A stretch of DNA of 64,000 nt from Candidatus Aminicenantes bacterium (GTDB lineage Bacteria > Acidobacteriota > Aminicenantia > Aminicenantales > Saccharicenantaceae): NCBI GenBank assembly GCA_041320535.1, contig JBGLNH010000001.1:863746-927745 (forward strand), given 5' to 3'. The notes below the pieces were generated by a model. That model was not told where the DNA came from and did not search any database. It was given only the letters and a program-made list of their open reading frames with translations. The first letter of the stretch is position 1; each line of letters opens with the position of its first letter. Shown here in pieces: positions 22,409 to 31,311 of the stretch. The position numbers and the translations under genes were made by a program.

Positions 22409-22951
22409 ATGAAGAAGTATCTTGGTATCGTTCCTTTGGTCCTACTGTTCTGTGTCACTGTGGCTTGCCAGGACAAGGCGGCCATGGCGGAGCTGGAGAA
22501 GTATAAGGCCCAGGCGGCGGTCGAGGCCAGGAACATCGAGGTCATCAAAACGGCCATCGCGGCGGTCGACAAGGGAGACCTGGAGGTTTTCCAGACCTAC
22601 GTGGCCCCGGAATTCAAACTCTTTGCTCCGTCGAACAGCGCCACGCCCGTCTCCCGCGACGATTACATGGCCATGGTCAAGATGATGATAACGGCCATCC
22701 CCGACATGGTGCACAACGTCACGGAGCTCTTAGCCGTCGGGGACAGGGTCGTCACGCGGGTTTTCATCCAGGGCACACACCTCGCGGAGCTCAATGGCAT
22801 CCCTCCGACGGGAAACAAGGTCTCGGTAAGTTTCATCGCCATTTTCCGCTTGAAGGACGGTAAGGTCGTCGAGGAGGTCGCTGAAGAAGACTTCCTGGGG
22901 CTTTATCAGCAGCTCGGCATGGAGCTCAGGCCGAAGGCGCCGGCGAAATAA
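22409..22951 (+). CDS. SnoaL/NTF2-like lipoprotein (ester-cyclase-like)
   Basis: Start MKKYLGIVPLVLLFCVTVAC (lipobox) with a GGAGGGGGG RBS. Lower GC (about 55%) than its surroundings. Confidence 0.5.
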   Translation: MKKYLGIVPLVLLFCVTVACQDKAAMAELEKYKAQAAVEARNIEVIKTAIAAVDKGDLEVFQTYVAPEFKLFAPSNSATPVSRDDYMAMVKMMITAIPDMVHNVTELLAVGDRVVTRVFIQGTHLAELNGIPPTGNKVSVSFIAIFRLKDGKVVEEVAEEDFLGLYQQLGMELRPKAPAK

Positions 22952-23026
22952 GCGCGACAGGTATCGGGTGTTCATGAGGGCGGGTGTCCGCCCCATTGGG
23001 TGTCAAATTTCAAACAGGGGGTCAAA

Positions 23027-23659
23027 ATGTCCAAGAAAAGCCTCGAAGAAGGCCGCAGACAGTTCCTCGCTGAAGTGTTGCCCGCCGGAGCTGTCTTCTG
23101 CCTGGGATGCAAGGGATTGATGGCGTCGCCGGGCTTCTCGGGAAGCCCGGCGGGAACAGGCCAGAAACCTAAGTATCTGGAGGACGCCGGGATGACCGCG
23201 GAAGAGGTCTACAAGTTCGCCTATGGCTATTTCCTGCCGTTCCTGGAGAACATGGGCAAGAGCCTTGGGCGTGAGAAGCTCCTGGATCTCATTCAGAAGG
23301 CGGGGGCCGAGATCTACACCCAGCTCACGCCCGTTCTGGCCAAAGACCTCCCAAGCCGGGATCCCAGGTCCTTGGCGAAGCTCATAAGCGACTTCATGAT
23401 GGGCACTCCGATCTATCGACAGGCATTCACGTTCGAGATCACGGAGCTCACGGACAATGTTTATGAGGCGACGTACTCCCGATGTCTCCCGGCGATGGTC
23501 TTCCGCGAGATGAACGCCGCCGACATCGGTTTCGCCTTCGAGTGTTCGCCCGCCCACGCCCTCGCCAAAGCCTTTAATCCCAAAATGAGGCTCATGAATC
23601 CCAAGAGCCTCATGAAGGGCGACAGCGTCTGCATCGAACGCTACGTCCTCGAGGCCTGA
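23027..23659 (+). CDS. Hypothetical exported protein (Tat-type signal RRQFLAEVLPAGAVFCLGC)
   Basis: 211 aa from MSKKSLEEGRRQFL. No confident family; lies in the lower-GC block. Confidence 0.4.
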   Translation: MSKKSLEEGRRQFLAEVLPAGAVFCLGCKGLMASPGFSGSPAGTGQKPKYLEDAGMTAEEVYKFAYGYFLPFLENMGKSLGREKLLDLIQKAGAEIYTQLTPVLAKDLPSRDPRSLAKLISDFMMGTPIYRQAFTFEITELTDNVYEATYSRCLPAMVFREMNAADIGFAFECSPAHALAKAFNPKMRLMNPKSLMKGDSVCIERYVLEA

Positions 23660-23779
23660 CCGCAACCGGGAGCGCCGCAGCATCTCCGCCGTGCCCGGCA
23701 GCGATCACGGCCTTAGCGGCTTGACGGGAAACGTGATCGGCATATGCTTGAACCGGCCCGGGCTGTCAGGGAGGAGCGA

Positions 23780-24673
23780 GTGAAAAAGAACCTTGCCATC
23801 AGCTTATGTGTCGTTTCCTTGTGTATCTTGGTCACCGGCTGCGGGAAGCGAGAAGATGCGCCATCCCTATCTTTCGGCACCGCCGTCTCTGCGGATGGGG
23901 TGCCCATCAAGTACGAGGTCCGAGGGAAGGGAGATCCGGCTCTCGTGTTCGTCCACGGCTGGAGCTGCGACCGGAGTTATTGGAGCGCCCAATTGCCTTA
24001 CTTCGCCCGCAACCATCTGGTCGTGGCCGTCGACCTGGCGGGGCATGGGGAATCGGGGCTTGACCGTAAAGAATGGTCGATGGGCGCCTTCGGCGAAGAC
24101 ATCGTCGCCGTCGTCCGGAAGCTGGATCTCGATAAAATCGTCCTCGTAGGGCATTCCATGGGAGGGCCCGCGGTCATCGAAGCGGCCCGCCGCCTGCCGG
24201 AGGGGGTTATCGGCCTGGTCGTCGCCGATTTCCTTCAGGACTTTGAACGCAAGTATTCTCAAGAATTCGTCGACGGGTGGATCGACAGCTTAAGGCCCGA
24301 TTATGCCGCTGCGGTCAAGAAATTCGTTGCCGAGGTCCTATTCACAAGAAAATCGGACGCCGCTCTGGTCGAGAGGATCTCCCAAGACATGTCGTCTGCC
24401 CCCCAGGCGGTCGGAATAGGGGCCATTCGCGCGGAATTCGACTTTCTCAACGACCTGACGCGGATCGTCAAAGACGTGGAAGCCCCTATAACATGTATCA
24501 ATTCGGATGTTGAGCCTACAAGAACCGAGGTTAACCGGCGCTATGCCCCCGGCTTCAAAGCCAAGATCATGGCCGGGGTCGGTCATTTCAATATGATGGA
24601 AGATCCCGACACGTTCAACGCCTTGCTTGAAGAGACGGTGAAGGGATATGTGCGGTATGCCGCCAAGAGATAG
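23780..24673 (+). CDS. Alpha/beta hydrolase lipoprotein
   Basis: GTG start VKKNLAISLCVVSLCILVTGC (lipobox). HGWSCD and the nucleophile elbow GHSMGG. Lower-GC block. Confidence 0.7.
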   Translation: MKKNLAISLCVVSLCILVTGCGKREDAPSLSFGTAVSADGVPIKYEVRGKGDPALVFVHGWSCDRSYWSAQLPYFARNHLVVAVDLAGHGESGLDRKEWSMGAFGEDIVAVVRKLDLDKIVLVGHSMGGPAVIEAARRLPEGVIGLVVADFLQDFERKYSQEFVDGWIDSLRPDYAAAVKKFVAEVLFTRKSDAALVERISQDMSSAPQAVGIGAIRAEFDFLNDLTRIVKDVEAPITCINSDVEPTRTEVNRRYAPGFKAKIMAGVGHFNMMEDPDTFNALLEETVKGYVRYAAKR

Positions 24674-24702
24674 GGCGGAGAGCCCGTCAAACTAAGGCTG
24701 AA

Positions 24703-24760
24703 TCTAGAATACTCTAGATATCTAGAAGTATCTTGACACCTTGATTTCCTGCGCTATCAT
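24703..24760 (+). promoter_or_regulatory. Three tandem TCTAGA palindromic boxes (24703, 24713, 24721) overlapping a TTGACA-N16-TATCAT promoter for the RHH gene
   Basis: The sequence aaTCTAGAatacTCTAGAtaTCTAGAagtatcTTGACAccttgatttcctgcgcTATCATttc lies 45 nt upstream of the ATG at 24803. It resembles the tandem-box operators of ribbon-helix-helix repressors. Confidence 0.45.
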
Positions 24761-24802
24761 TTCAGGTGAGAATCCAGGCGCGCGCGGAGCGTCCATGGGA
24801 GC

Positions 24803-25054
24803 ATGAAGCAGCTTATGAAGAAGATCGGCACTATCATCGACGACGGGCTCCTGGCCGGCATCAAGCAGAGGGCGGCGGCCGAGAGGCGCCCACTCTCCGG
24901 CGTCATCGAGGATGCCCTCAGCGGGTATCTCGGGGAGGACCGGACGACCCGCGCGGACGCTTCGCGGGCCCTGGCCAGATTCACCGCGCAAGCCGGGCTC
25001 CTTCCGATCGAGGAGATCGACGAGATCCTCGAAAAGGACTCTCTCGCGCCATGA
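24803..25054 (+). CDS. Ribbon-helix-helix (CopG/MetJ/Arc-type) DNA-binding protein
   Basis: 83 aa. KKIGTIIDDGLLAGIKQRAAAERRPLSGVIEDALSGYL fits the RHH beta-alpha-alpha fold. Its stop overlaps the start of the methyltransferase (ATGA). Confidence 0.6.
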   Translation: MKQLMKKIGTIIDDGLLAGIKQRAAAERRPLSGVIEDALSGYLGEDRTTRADASRALARFTAQAGLLPIEEIDEILEKDSLAP

Positions 25055-25881
25055 ACGAACGGCCAGGCCCGCTGATCAAACCGGAATTCCCCCGCTCGGC
25101 CAAATACGACCCGGACTGGATGATGGACAACCAGATGGGGCCGAACGCCCTGTGGCTGATGGAGTGGCTGTGCGAGGCGCTGGAGCTCGAGCCCGGCATG
25201 CGCGTCCTGGACCTGGGCTGCGGCAAGGCCATGACCAGCGTCTTCTTGGCTCGCGAATACGGGGCGCAGGTCTACGCGGCGGACCTCTGGATGAGCCCGG
25301 ATCACAATTGGCGGCGGGCGGTCGAGGCCTCGGTCGCCGACCGGGTGTGCCCGATCAAGGCCGAGGCCCACGCGCTTCCCTTCGCGCGGGGGTTCTTCGA
25401 TGCGGTGGTCTCCGTGGACGCCTACCAATACTTCGGCACGGACGAGCTCTACCTCGATTATCTCTCCCGCTTCGTCCGCCCGAACGGCGCGCTGGGCGTC
25501 GTCGTGGTCGGCCTGATGCGGGAGATGGGCGCCAAGCCTCCGGCCCACCTGACCGAGCCGCAGTCGAACGGCAAGGTGTTCTGGGAAAGCTCCTGTCGCA
25601 GCTTCAAAACGGCGGAGTTCTGGCGCGGCCTGTGGTCGGGCAGCCCGATGGCGTCGCGCGTCGCCGCGGTCACGCAGCCGGACGGCTGGCGTCACTGGCG
25701 GGATTTCGAAAGGGCCCTGGAGGCGGAAGGCAAGAATATCTTCCCCTCGGACGCCGAGGCGCTGGACAAGGACCAGGGGAGATACCTGGGCTTCATCCGC
25801 CTGACCGCGCGGCGAACGGACGCCGCCGGAGAAGACCTCTACGATCCCGCCCTGGGAGCCAAGGTGGGCGTGGACAAGTGA
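25051..25881 (+). CDS. Class I SAM-dependent methyltransferase
   Basis: Motif I VLDLGCGKA and overall Rossmann-fold MTase length (276 aa). Substrate unknown. Confidence 0.75.
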   Translation: MNERPGPLIKPEFPRSAKYDPDWMMDNQMGPNALWLMEWLCEALELEPGMRVLDLGCGKAMTSVFLAREYGAQVYAADLWMSPDHNWRRAVEASVADRVCPIKAEAHALPFARGFFDAVVSVDAYQYFGTDELYLDYLSRFVRPNGALGVVVVGLMREMGAKPPAHLTEPQSNGKVFWESSCRSFKTAEFWRGLWSGSPMASRVAAVTQPDGWRHWRDFERALEAEGKNIFPSDAEALDKDQGRYLGFIRLTARRTDAAGEDLYDPALGAKVGVDK

Positions 25882-25972
25882 GGGCCCGCGGCCAAGGTTG
25901 ACACCTCTCTTCCCCCGTACTAACATCGCCCCGTATCGTCATGATCCCCCGATCCCCTTCCGTGAGGTGACC

Positions 25973-27499
25973 ATGAGCATCAGACGCCACGTGGCCGGGG
26001 ACATCCCCCGCCGCACGTTCCTGGAGCTTTCGCTCAAGGGCGGCGCGTTTCTCGCCGCCTCGCCCCTGCTCTTCAAGGCCTGCGCCTCCGGCCAGCCCCC
26101 CGCCGCGCCCGCGCTCGCCCTCTCCGACCTCGACAAGGTCATCGCCCGGGCCCTGGCCCAGGGCGGCGAGTTCGGCGAGGTCTACATCGAGCACCGCGTC
26201 TCCCGCAGCATCCTGCTCGAGGAGGGCAAGTTCAAGAGCGCCGTCTTCGGCATCAGCCAGGGGGCCGGCGTCCGGGTCGTCTCCGGCGACAAGACCGGCT
26301 ACGCCTACACCGACGAGATCAGCCAGGAGAAGCTCCTGCGGGCGGCCGAGGTCGCCTCCTACGTCGCCCGCGGCTCGCGGTCCGCCGCCCCGGTCAGCGT
26401 CAGGGAGGAGAAGCGGCCCTCCTACATCACGGTCGGGGTGCCGCTCCGGGACGTGGCCGACGAGAAGCGGCTCGAGATCATGCGCCGGGCCCACGACGCC
26501 GCGCTCGCCTACGACGGCCGGATCAAGATGGCCTCGATCGACTACTACGACGAGGTCCGCGGCCGGACGATCGCCAACAGCGAGGGCCTCTACCTCACGG
26601 ACGAGCTGCCGCAGATCTTCTTCGTCGTCCAGACGCTCGGCGCCGGAAACGGCACCTCCCACATGGGGCGCGAGCGCCTGGGCCGGCACTCGGGGCTCGA
26701 GATGTTCGACGAGCTCAAGCCCGAGGACGCGGCCAGGGCCGCCGCCCGCGAGTCGGTCGTCATGCTCGACGCCCAGGACGCCCCGGCGGGCCGGATGGAC
26801 GTCGTCATGCAGAACGGCTGGGGCGGGGTCCTCGTCCACGAGGCCGTCGGGCACCCGCTCGAGGGCGACAACATCTCGCGCGAGACGGGCGTCTTCGTCG
26901 GCAAGCTCGGGCAGAAGGTGGCCAGCGAGAAGTTCACCATGGTCGACGACGGCAGCCGGCCCAACGCCCGCGGCACGACGAACTTCGACGACGAGGGGAC
27001 GCAGATGAAGCGCAACGTCCTCATCGAGGACGGGGTGCTCGTCAAGTACATGACCGACATCCTCTCGGCCAAGCAGATCGGGATGGAGCGCACCGGCAAC
27101 GGCCGGCGCGAGAGCTTCCGCTACTTCCCGATCGTGCGCATGACCAACACCTTCATCGAGGCCGGCACGGACAAGCCCGCGGACATCCTGGCTTCGACGC
27201 CGGGCGGGATCTACGTCCAGAGCCTGAGCGGCGGCAGCGTCAATCCGACCGACGGCGTCTTCAACTTCACCTGCCGCGAGGCCTACCTCATCGAGAACGG
27301 GAAGAAGACGGCGCCCGTCAAGGGCGCGACGCTCATCGGCAACTGCCTCGACGTCATCAAGGGCATCGACGCCGTCGGGGACGACCTCGACTTCGGCCCC
27401 GGGATCTGCGGCAAGGGGCAGTCGGCCGAGGTCGACGCCGGCCAGCCCACCGTGCGCATCCGCGGCATCAACGTCGGCGGCTCGCGGGCCAGACGATAG
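25973..27499 (+). CDS. tldD: TldD family metalloprotease (Tat-signal-bearing)
   Basis: Start MSIRRHVAGDIPRRTFLELSLKGGAFLAASPLL (twin-arginine-like), then a TldD/PmbA fold with a HEAVGHPLEGD zinc site. Confidence 0.8.
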   Translation: MSIRRHVAGDIPRRTFLELSLKGGAFLAASPLLFKACASGQPPAAPALALSDLDKVIARALAQGGEFGEVYIEHRVSRSILLEEGKFKSAVFGISQGAGVRVVSGDKTGYAYTDEISQEKLLRAAEVASYVARGSRSAAPVSVREEKRPSYITVGVPLRDVADEKRLEIMRRAHDAALAYDGRIKMASIDYYDEVRGRTIANSEGLYLTDELPQIFFVVQTLGAGNGTSHMGRERLGRHSGLEMFDELKPEDAARAAARESVVMLDAQDAPAGRMDVVMQNGWGGVLVHEAVGHPLEGDNISRETGVFVGKLGQKVASEKFTMVDDGSRPNARGTTNFDDEGTQMKRNVLIEDGVLVKYMTDILSAKQIGMERTGNGRRESFRYFPIVRMTNTFIEAGTDKPADILASTPGGIYVQSLSGGSVNPTDGVFNFTCREAYLIENGKKTAPVKGATLIGNCLDVIKGIDAVGDDLDFGPGICGKGQSAEVDAGQPTVRIRGINVGGSRARR

Positions 27500-27508
27500 G
27501 AGAGGACG

Positions 27509-28843
27509 ATGGACAGCAAAGCGATCGCCGAAGCGACGGTCAAGACGTGCCTGAAGAAAGGGGCCGACGCGGCCGAGGTCTACATCGAGACCGGCCGCAA
27601 CCTCAGCCTGGAGGTCCGCAAGGGCGAATTGGAGACCGTCCAGGAGGCGGCCGGCGTCGGCGCCGGGATCCGGGTCTTCGTCGGGGGCAAGATGGCCTTC
27701 GCCAGCTCGAACGACCTCGGGGAGAAGGCCCTGGAGGACGCCGTGGGGCGGGCCATCGCCTTCGCCCGGATCACCACGGCCGACGCGGCCAACGTCCTGC
27801 CCGACGACAAGGGGCTGACGGAGGTCGCGGGCCTCTACGACCCGGGGATCGCCGCGATCCCCATGGACCGGAAGATCGAGCTGGCCCGGACGGTGGAGAA
27901 GCTGGCCACGGCCGACCCGCGGATCACCAAGACCGACGGGGCGCGCTACCAGGAGTCCGAGGGCGAGGTCGCGATCGCCAATTCGAACGGGCTCGCCAAG
28001 AGCTACAGGTCCGGCGGGTGCGGGTTCGGCGTGTCGGTGGTCGCGGAGAAGGGCGACCAGAAATCGTCCGGAGGCGAATCCTGCTCGCGGCGCTTCTTCG
28101 CCGACCTCGAGCCGGCCGAGAAGGTCGCGGCGAAGGCGGCGAAGGACGCGTGGGAGGCGCTCGACCCGCGTCCGGTCAGAACGCAGCAGGCGCCGGTCAT
28201 CTTCACGCCGGACGCGGCCAGGGCGATATTGGGCGGGATCCTGGGCGCGGTCAACGGCGAGCGCGTGCTCCAGGGGGCCAGCTTCCTGGCGAAGAGAATG
28301 GGCCAGAGGATCGGCGCGGAGCTCATCACCATCGTCGACGACGGGACGCGGGCCAAGGGAATGGCCAGCGCGCCCTTCGACGGCGAGGGCGTGCCGACGG
28401 AGCGGCGGACCATCGTCGAGAATGGGGTCCTCAAGGGCTTCCTCTACAACACCATCGTGGCCAAGCGGGCCGGGGTCCGGAGCACGGGGAACGCGGCCCG
28501 GGGCGGGTTCGACTCGCTCCCGGGCATCGGTGCGCACCAGTTCTACATGGAGGCCGGGACGGCCAAGCCCCAGGACATCATCGAGGCCACCAAGCGCGGC
28601 CTGCTGCTCAAAGGGGTGACGGGGTACGGCATCAACCCGGTCAACGGCAACTTCAGCGGCGGGGCCTCGGGCTTCTGGATCGAGGACGGCAGGCTCGCCT
28701 TCCCGGTCCAGGGCCTGACCATCGCCGGGAGCGCGGACGCGATGCTCGACGGCATCGACATGCTGGCCGGCGACCTCGACCTCGAGCGGTCGATGACGGC
28801 CCCCACCTTCCGCGTCCGCCTGCTCCAGATCGGCGGGGAATAA
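27509..28843 (+). CDS. TldE/PmbA family protein (TldD partner)
   Basis: 444 aa, paralogous to the preceding gene but lacking the HExxxH motif, as expected for PmbA/TldE. Confidence 0.8.
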   Translation: MDSKAIAEATVKTCLKKGADAAEVYIETGRNLSLEVRKGELETVQEAAGVGAGIRVFVGGKMAFASSNDLGEKALEDAVGRAIAFARITTADAANVLPDDKGLTEVAGLYDPGIAAIPMDRKIELARTVEKLATADPRITKTDGARYQESEGEVAIANSNGLAKSYRSGGCGFGVSVVAEKGDQKSSGGESCSRRFFADLEPAEKVAAKAAKDAWEALDPRPVRTQQAPVIFTPDAARAILGGILGAVNGERVLQGASFLAKRMGQRIGAELITIVDDGTRAKGMASAPFDGEGVPTERRTIVENGVLKGFLYNTIVAKRAGVRSTGNAARGGFDSLPGIGAHQFYMEAGTAKPQDIIEATKRGLLLKGVTGYGINPVNGNFSGGASGFWIEDGRLAFPVQGLTIAGSADAMLDGIDMLAGDLDLERSMTAPTFRVRLLQIGGE

Positions 28844-29044
28844 CGAGGACGGACGGCCCGCGGGAGCGGCCCGCGGCGCTTTCGGGCTTCGGCGCCGCCG
28901 GCAAGCCCCCCCTCAATTCCAGAGGGCGGCAGGGTGAGGGGCGAAGTGCGGGGCGTCGTGTTCGTTTCATGACAGGGGCTGTCCGCTTGCGGACAGTGCC
29001 GGCCCGCCCGGGGCCTATCGACTGCCCGAAGATAGAACAGAATC

Positions 29045-29060
29045 TGGCACGGTTCTCGCT
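29045..29060 (+). promoter_or_regulatory. Sigma-54-type promoter TGGCACGgttcTCGCT (GG-N10-GC) about 35 nt upstream of the gene at 29094
   Basis: -24 TGGCAC perfect, -12 GC correctly spaced. Only these -24/-12 elements were seen; no activator site was identified. Confidence 0.35.
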
Positions 29061-29093
29061 TATCACGCTCCTTGAACGGAAAGGAGCCCATCC

Positions 29094-29489
29094 ATGAAAA
29101 AAACCCTGATCCTTCTGACCCTCGCCGTCCTGGCTCTCTGCCTCCTGGCGGGAGGCCTTCCGGCCCAGAAGAAGCCCGGTTTCCTGGGAGCTTGGTCCGG
29201 CTTCGCCGTCGTCGGCGACGGGAGCCGCGTCGAGATCAATGTCTCTTTCGAGAAGGGCGAGGCCGGCTATACGGGCAAGTTGGCCGAAGCGTCGGGGATG
29301 ATCCCCGAGTCGCCGCTCAGGAACATCGTCTTCAAGGACGCCATGCTGACGTTCGATTTCGACCTCGTGGACGGAGGCGGCTCGCAGGTCATCAAGATCG
29401 AGCTCACCCTCGACAACGAGACCCTGAAGGGACGTTGGATCGACGAGGAAGGGAGCTCCGACATCATCGAGCTGACCCTCAAGAAATAG
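29094..29489 (+). CDS. Small secreted hypothetical protein
   Basis: 131 aa with signal peptide MKKTLILLTLAVLALCLLAGGLPAQ. GGAAAGGAG RBS. Confidence 0.5.
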   Translation: MKKTLILLTLAVLALCLLAGGLPAQKKPGFLGAWSGFAVVGDGSRVEINVSFEKGEAGYTGKLAEASGMIPESPLRNIVFKDAMLTFDFDLVDGGGSQVIKIELTLDNETLKGRWIDEEGSSDIIELTLKK

Positions 29490-29558
29490 CCGGGGGCGGC
29501 ACCGTATCCTGCGCCGACGCGCCGGCCCGGATAGAGACCCGGGCGGACCGGCCGCTCC

Positions 29559-30821
29559 CTATTGAGCCTCGGCGCCCTTGTCCAGCTTGAAGGACAGGAG
29601 GATGTGGCTGAGGATGCCGAGCAGGGCGGCGAAGACGAGCAGCCCGCCGGCCACCCGGTAGGCCCCGGTGTAGGTCCCGGTCGAGTCGGCGATCAGTCCG
29701 GCCAGGTTGGGGCCGAAGACGCCGCCGACGCCCCAGGCCGTGAACAGGATGCCGTAGTTGAGGCCGAGGTTCTTCGTCCCCCAGTAGTCGGCGGCCGTGG
29801 CCGGGAAGAGCGACAGGCACGAGCCGTAGTTGAAGCCCACCAGGGCGGCCCCGAAGAGGAATCCCGTCGGGGTGGAGATCTGGTCGAAGAAGAACATGAT
29901 CGTGGCCTGGAGCAGGAAGACGCTGACCATGGCCCCGACCCGGCCGATGATGTCGGACGCGAAGCCGGCGATGACCCGCCCGCCGGCGTTGAAGACGGCC
30001 ATGAGGGCGACGAAGACGAACCCCGCCTGGATGGCCCCGCCCGACTGCGACGAGACGATCTTGGCGATGTGTCCGATGATCATCAGGCCGGCCGTCGCGC
30101 CGCAGGCGAACTGGAGGTAGAGCGACCAGAAGCGCGGCGTCTTGACGATGTCGCGCCAGGTGGCGTCGGCCAGGGCGGCGGGCGCGGCCTTCTTCTTTTT
30201 CTTGGCGGCCTTCGGCGCGGCGGCGATCCGGGCCTGCCCCGGCTTGGGGTTGACCAGGAACTGGGCCGAGATCCCGGCCACGGCCAGGAAGACGAAGCCG
30301 AGCGTGCGGAAGGCCCCGGCGATACCATGCGCCTCGAGCAGGGCCTTGGAGAGAGGCGCGATGTAGACCGGCGCCAGGCCGAAGCCGGCCACGACGAGGC
30401 CGGTGATCAGGCCCTTTTTCTCCGGCCCGAACCACTTGACGGCCGCCGGCGTCGCCGCGGCGTATCCCAGCCCGATCCCCGTGCCGGACAGGACGCCGAA
30501 GCCGAGGATGAGCGGCCAGATCCGGTCCGGCTGCCCCAGGCTGGAGATGACGAGCCCGAGGCCGCAGAGCACGGCGCCCGCGCTGGCCACGACCCGGGGC
30601 CCCAGGCGGTCCTGGAGCCGCCCGGCGGGGACCATCATCATGGCGAAAAAGGCGATGGCGATGGTGTAGGGCAGCGTCGCCGTCGTCCGCGACCAGCCGA
30701 AGCCGCCGTTCCCGACGGCCTCCGTCAGCTGCTTGCTGAACATGCTCCAGGCGTAGAGGATGCCCAGGGCGAGATTGAGGCCGAGCCCGGCCGCCGTGAC
30801 GAGCCAACCTTTCTTGGACAT
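29559..30821 (-). CDS. MFS transporter, oxalate/formate antiporter (OFA) family-like
   Basis: Start MSKKGWLV (internal to the 471-aa track ORF), 12 TM, with a central basic linker AAAPKAAKKKKKAAPA typical of OFA-type MFS. Confidence 0.75.
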   Translation of the reverse strand: MSKKGWLVTAAGLGLNLALGILYAWSMFSKQLTEAVGNGGFGWSRTTATLPYTIAIAFFAMMMVPAGRLQDRLGPRVVASAGAVLCGLGLVISSLGQPDRIWPLILGFGVLSGTGIGLGYAAATPAAVKWFGPEKKGLITGLVVAGFGLAPVYIAPLSKALLEAHGIAGAFRTLGFVFLAVAGISAQFLVNPKPGQARIAAAPKAAKKKKKAAPAALADATWRDIVKTPRFWSLYLQFACGATAGLMIIGHIAKIVSSQSGGAIQAGFVFVALMAVFNAGGRVIAGFASDIIGRVGAMVSVFLLQATIMFFFDQISTPTGFLFGAALVGFNYGSCLSLFPATAADYWGTKNLGLNYGILFTAWGVGGVFGPNLAGLIADSTGTYTGAYRVAGGLLVFAALLGILSHILLSFKLDKGAEAQ

Positions 30822-31311
30822 GCGCCTTCCCCAGTCGTCGAGGTTCGGACAGTCCGCGGCCCCGTCGCGTCGAGGCATGAACGATGGATGATAGCCGTTC
30901 GCCGGCCGCGGAGCCGGGGATGATAGACCAGACGGACGGGCGCTGTCAAACGGAGGTTCGCCTGCCCGCCGCAAAGGTCGGCCGCACTCGGCCGTCTAAC
31001 GGGACAGAGGATCCAATGACGCCAGGACGGGATCGCGGAGAACGAGGGCTAGCCGCGCCGCGGCCGGGAATGCTCCCCGGAATCCCCGCTCGGGGGGATT
31101 CGGGGGCCGGCGCCCCCGGGGTACGATCCGGGGAGCCGATGGCCCCCATGAGCCGGATAGATCCCGCTCCTGGCCCGCAACATGCTCATAATGCAGGGAT
31201 CTGTGCGGGCAAGGGCCGCCGGCGAGGGAGCTCCGCTCCCTTGACATCGGTCGTCGGCGGACTTAACATAACTGATGGAAGGGGCTGCTGACCTCATGGA
31301 CAGGTAAACCC

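Noticed and set aside
24703-24726. Triple TCTAGA (XbaI-site) cluster as a possible cloning-linker contamination.
   Set aside because: It sits exactly at a promoter/operator position for an RHH regulator and the flanks are not vector-like. It was kept as a candidate operator, but linker origin cannot be excluded without a database check.
30822-31311. ORFs 30884..31291 (135 aa), 30946..31149 and others in the 490-bp gap between the MFS gene and the MacB-like operon.
   Set aside because: They are low-complexity, with no RBS or homology. The region carries a promoter-like TTGACA-N17-TAACAT and is better treated as intergenic regulatory DNA.
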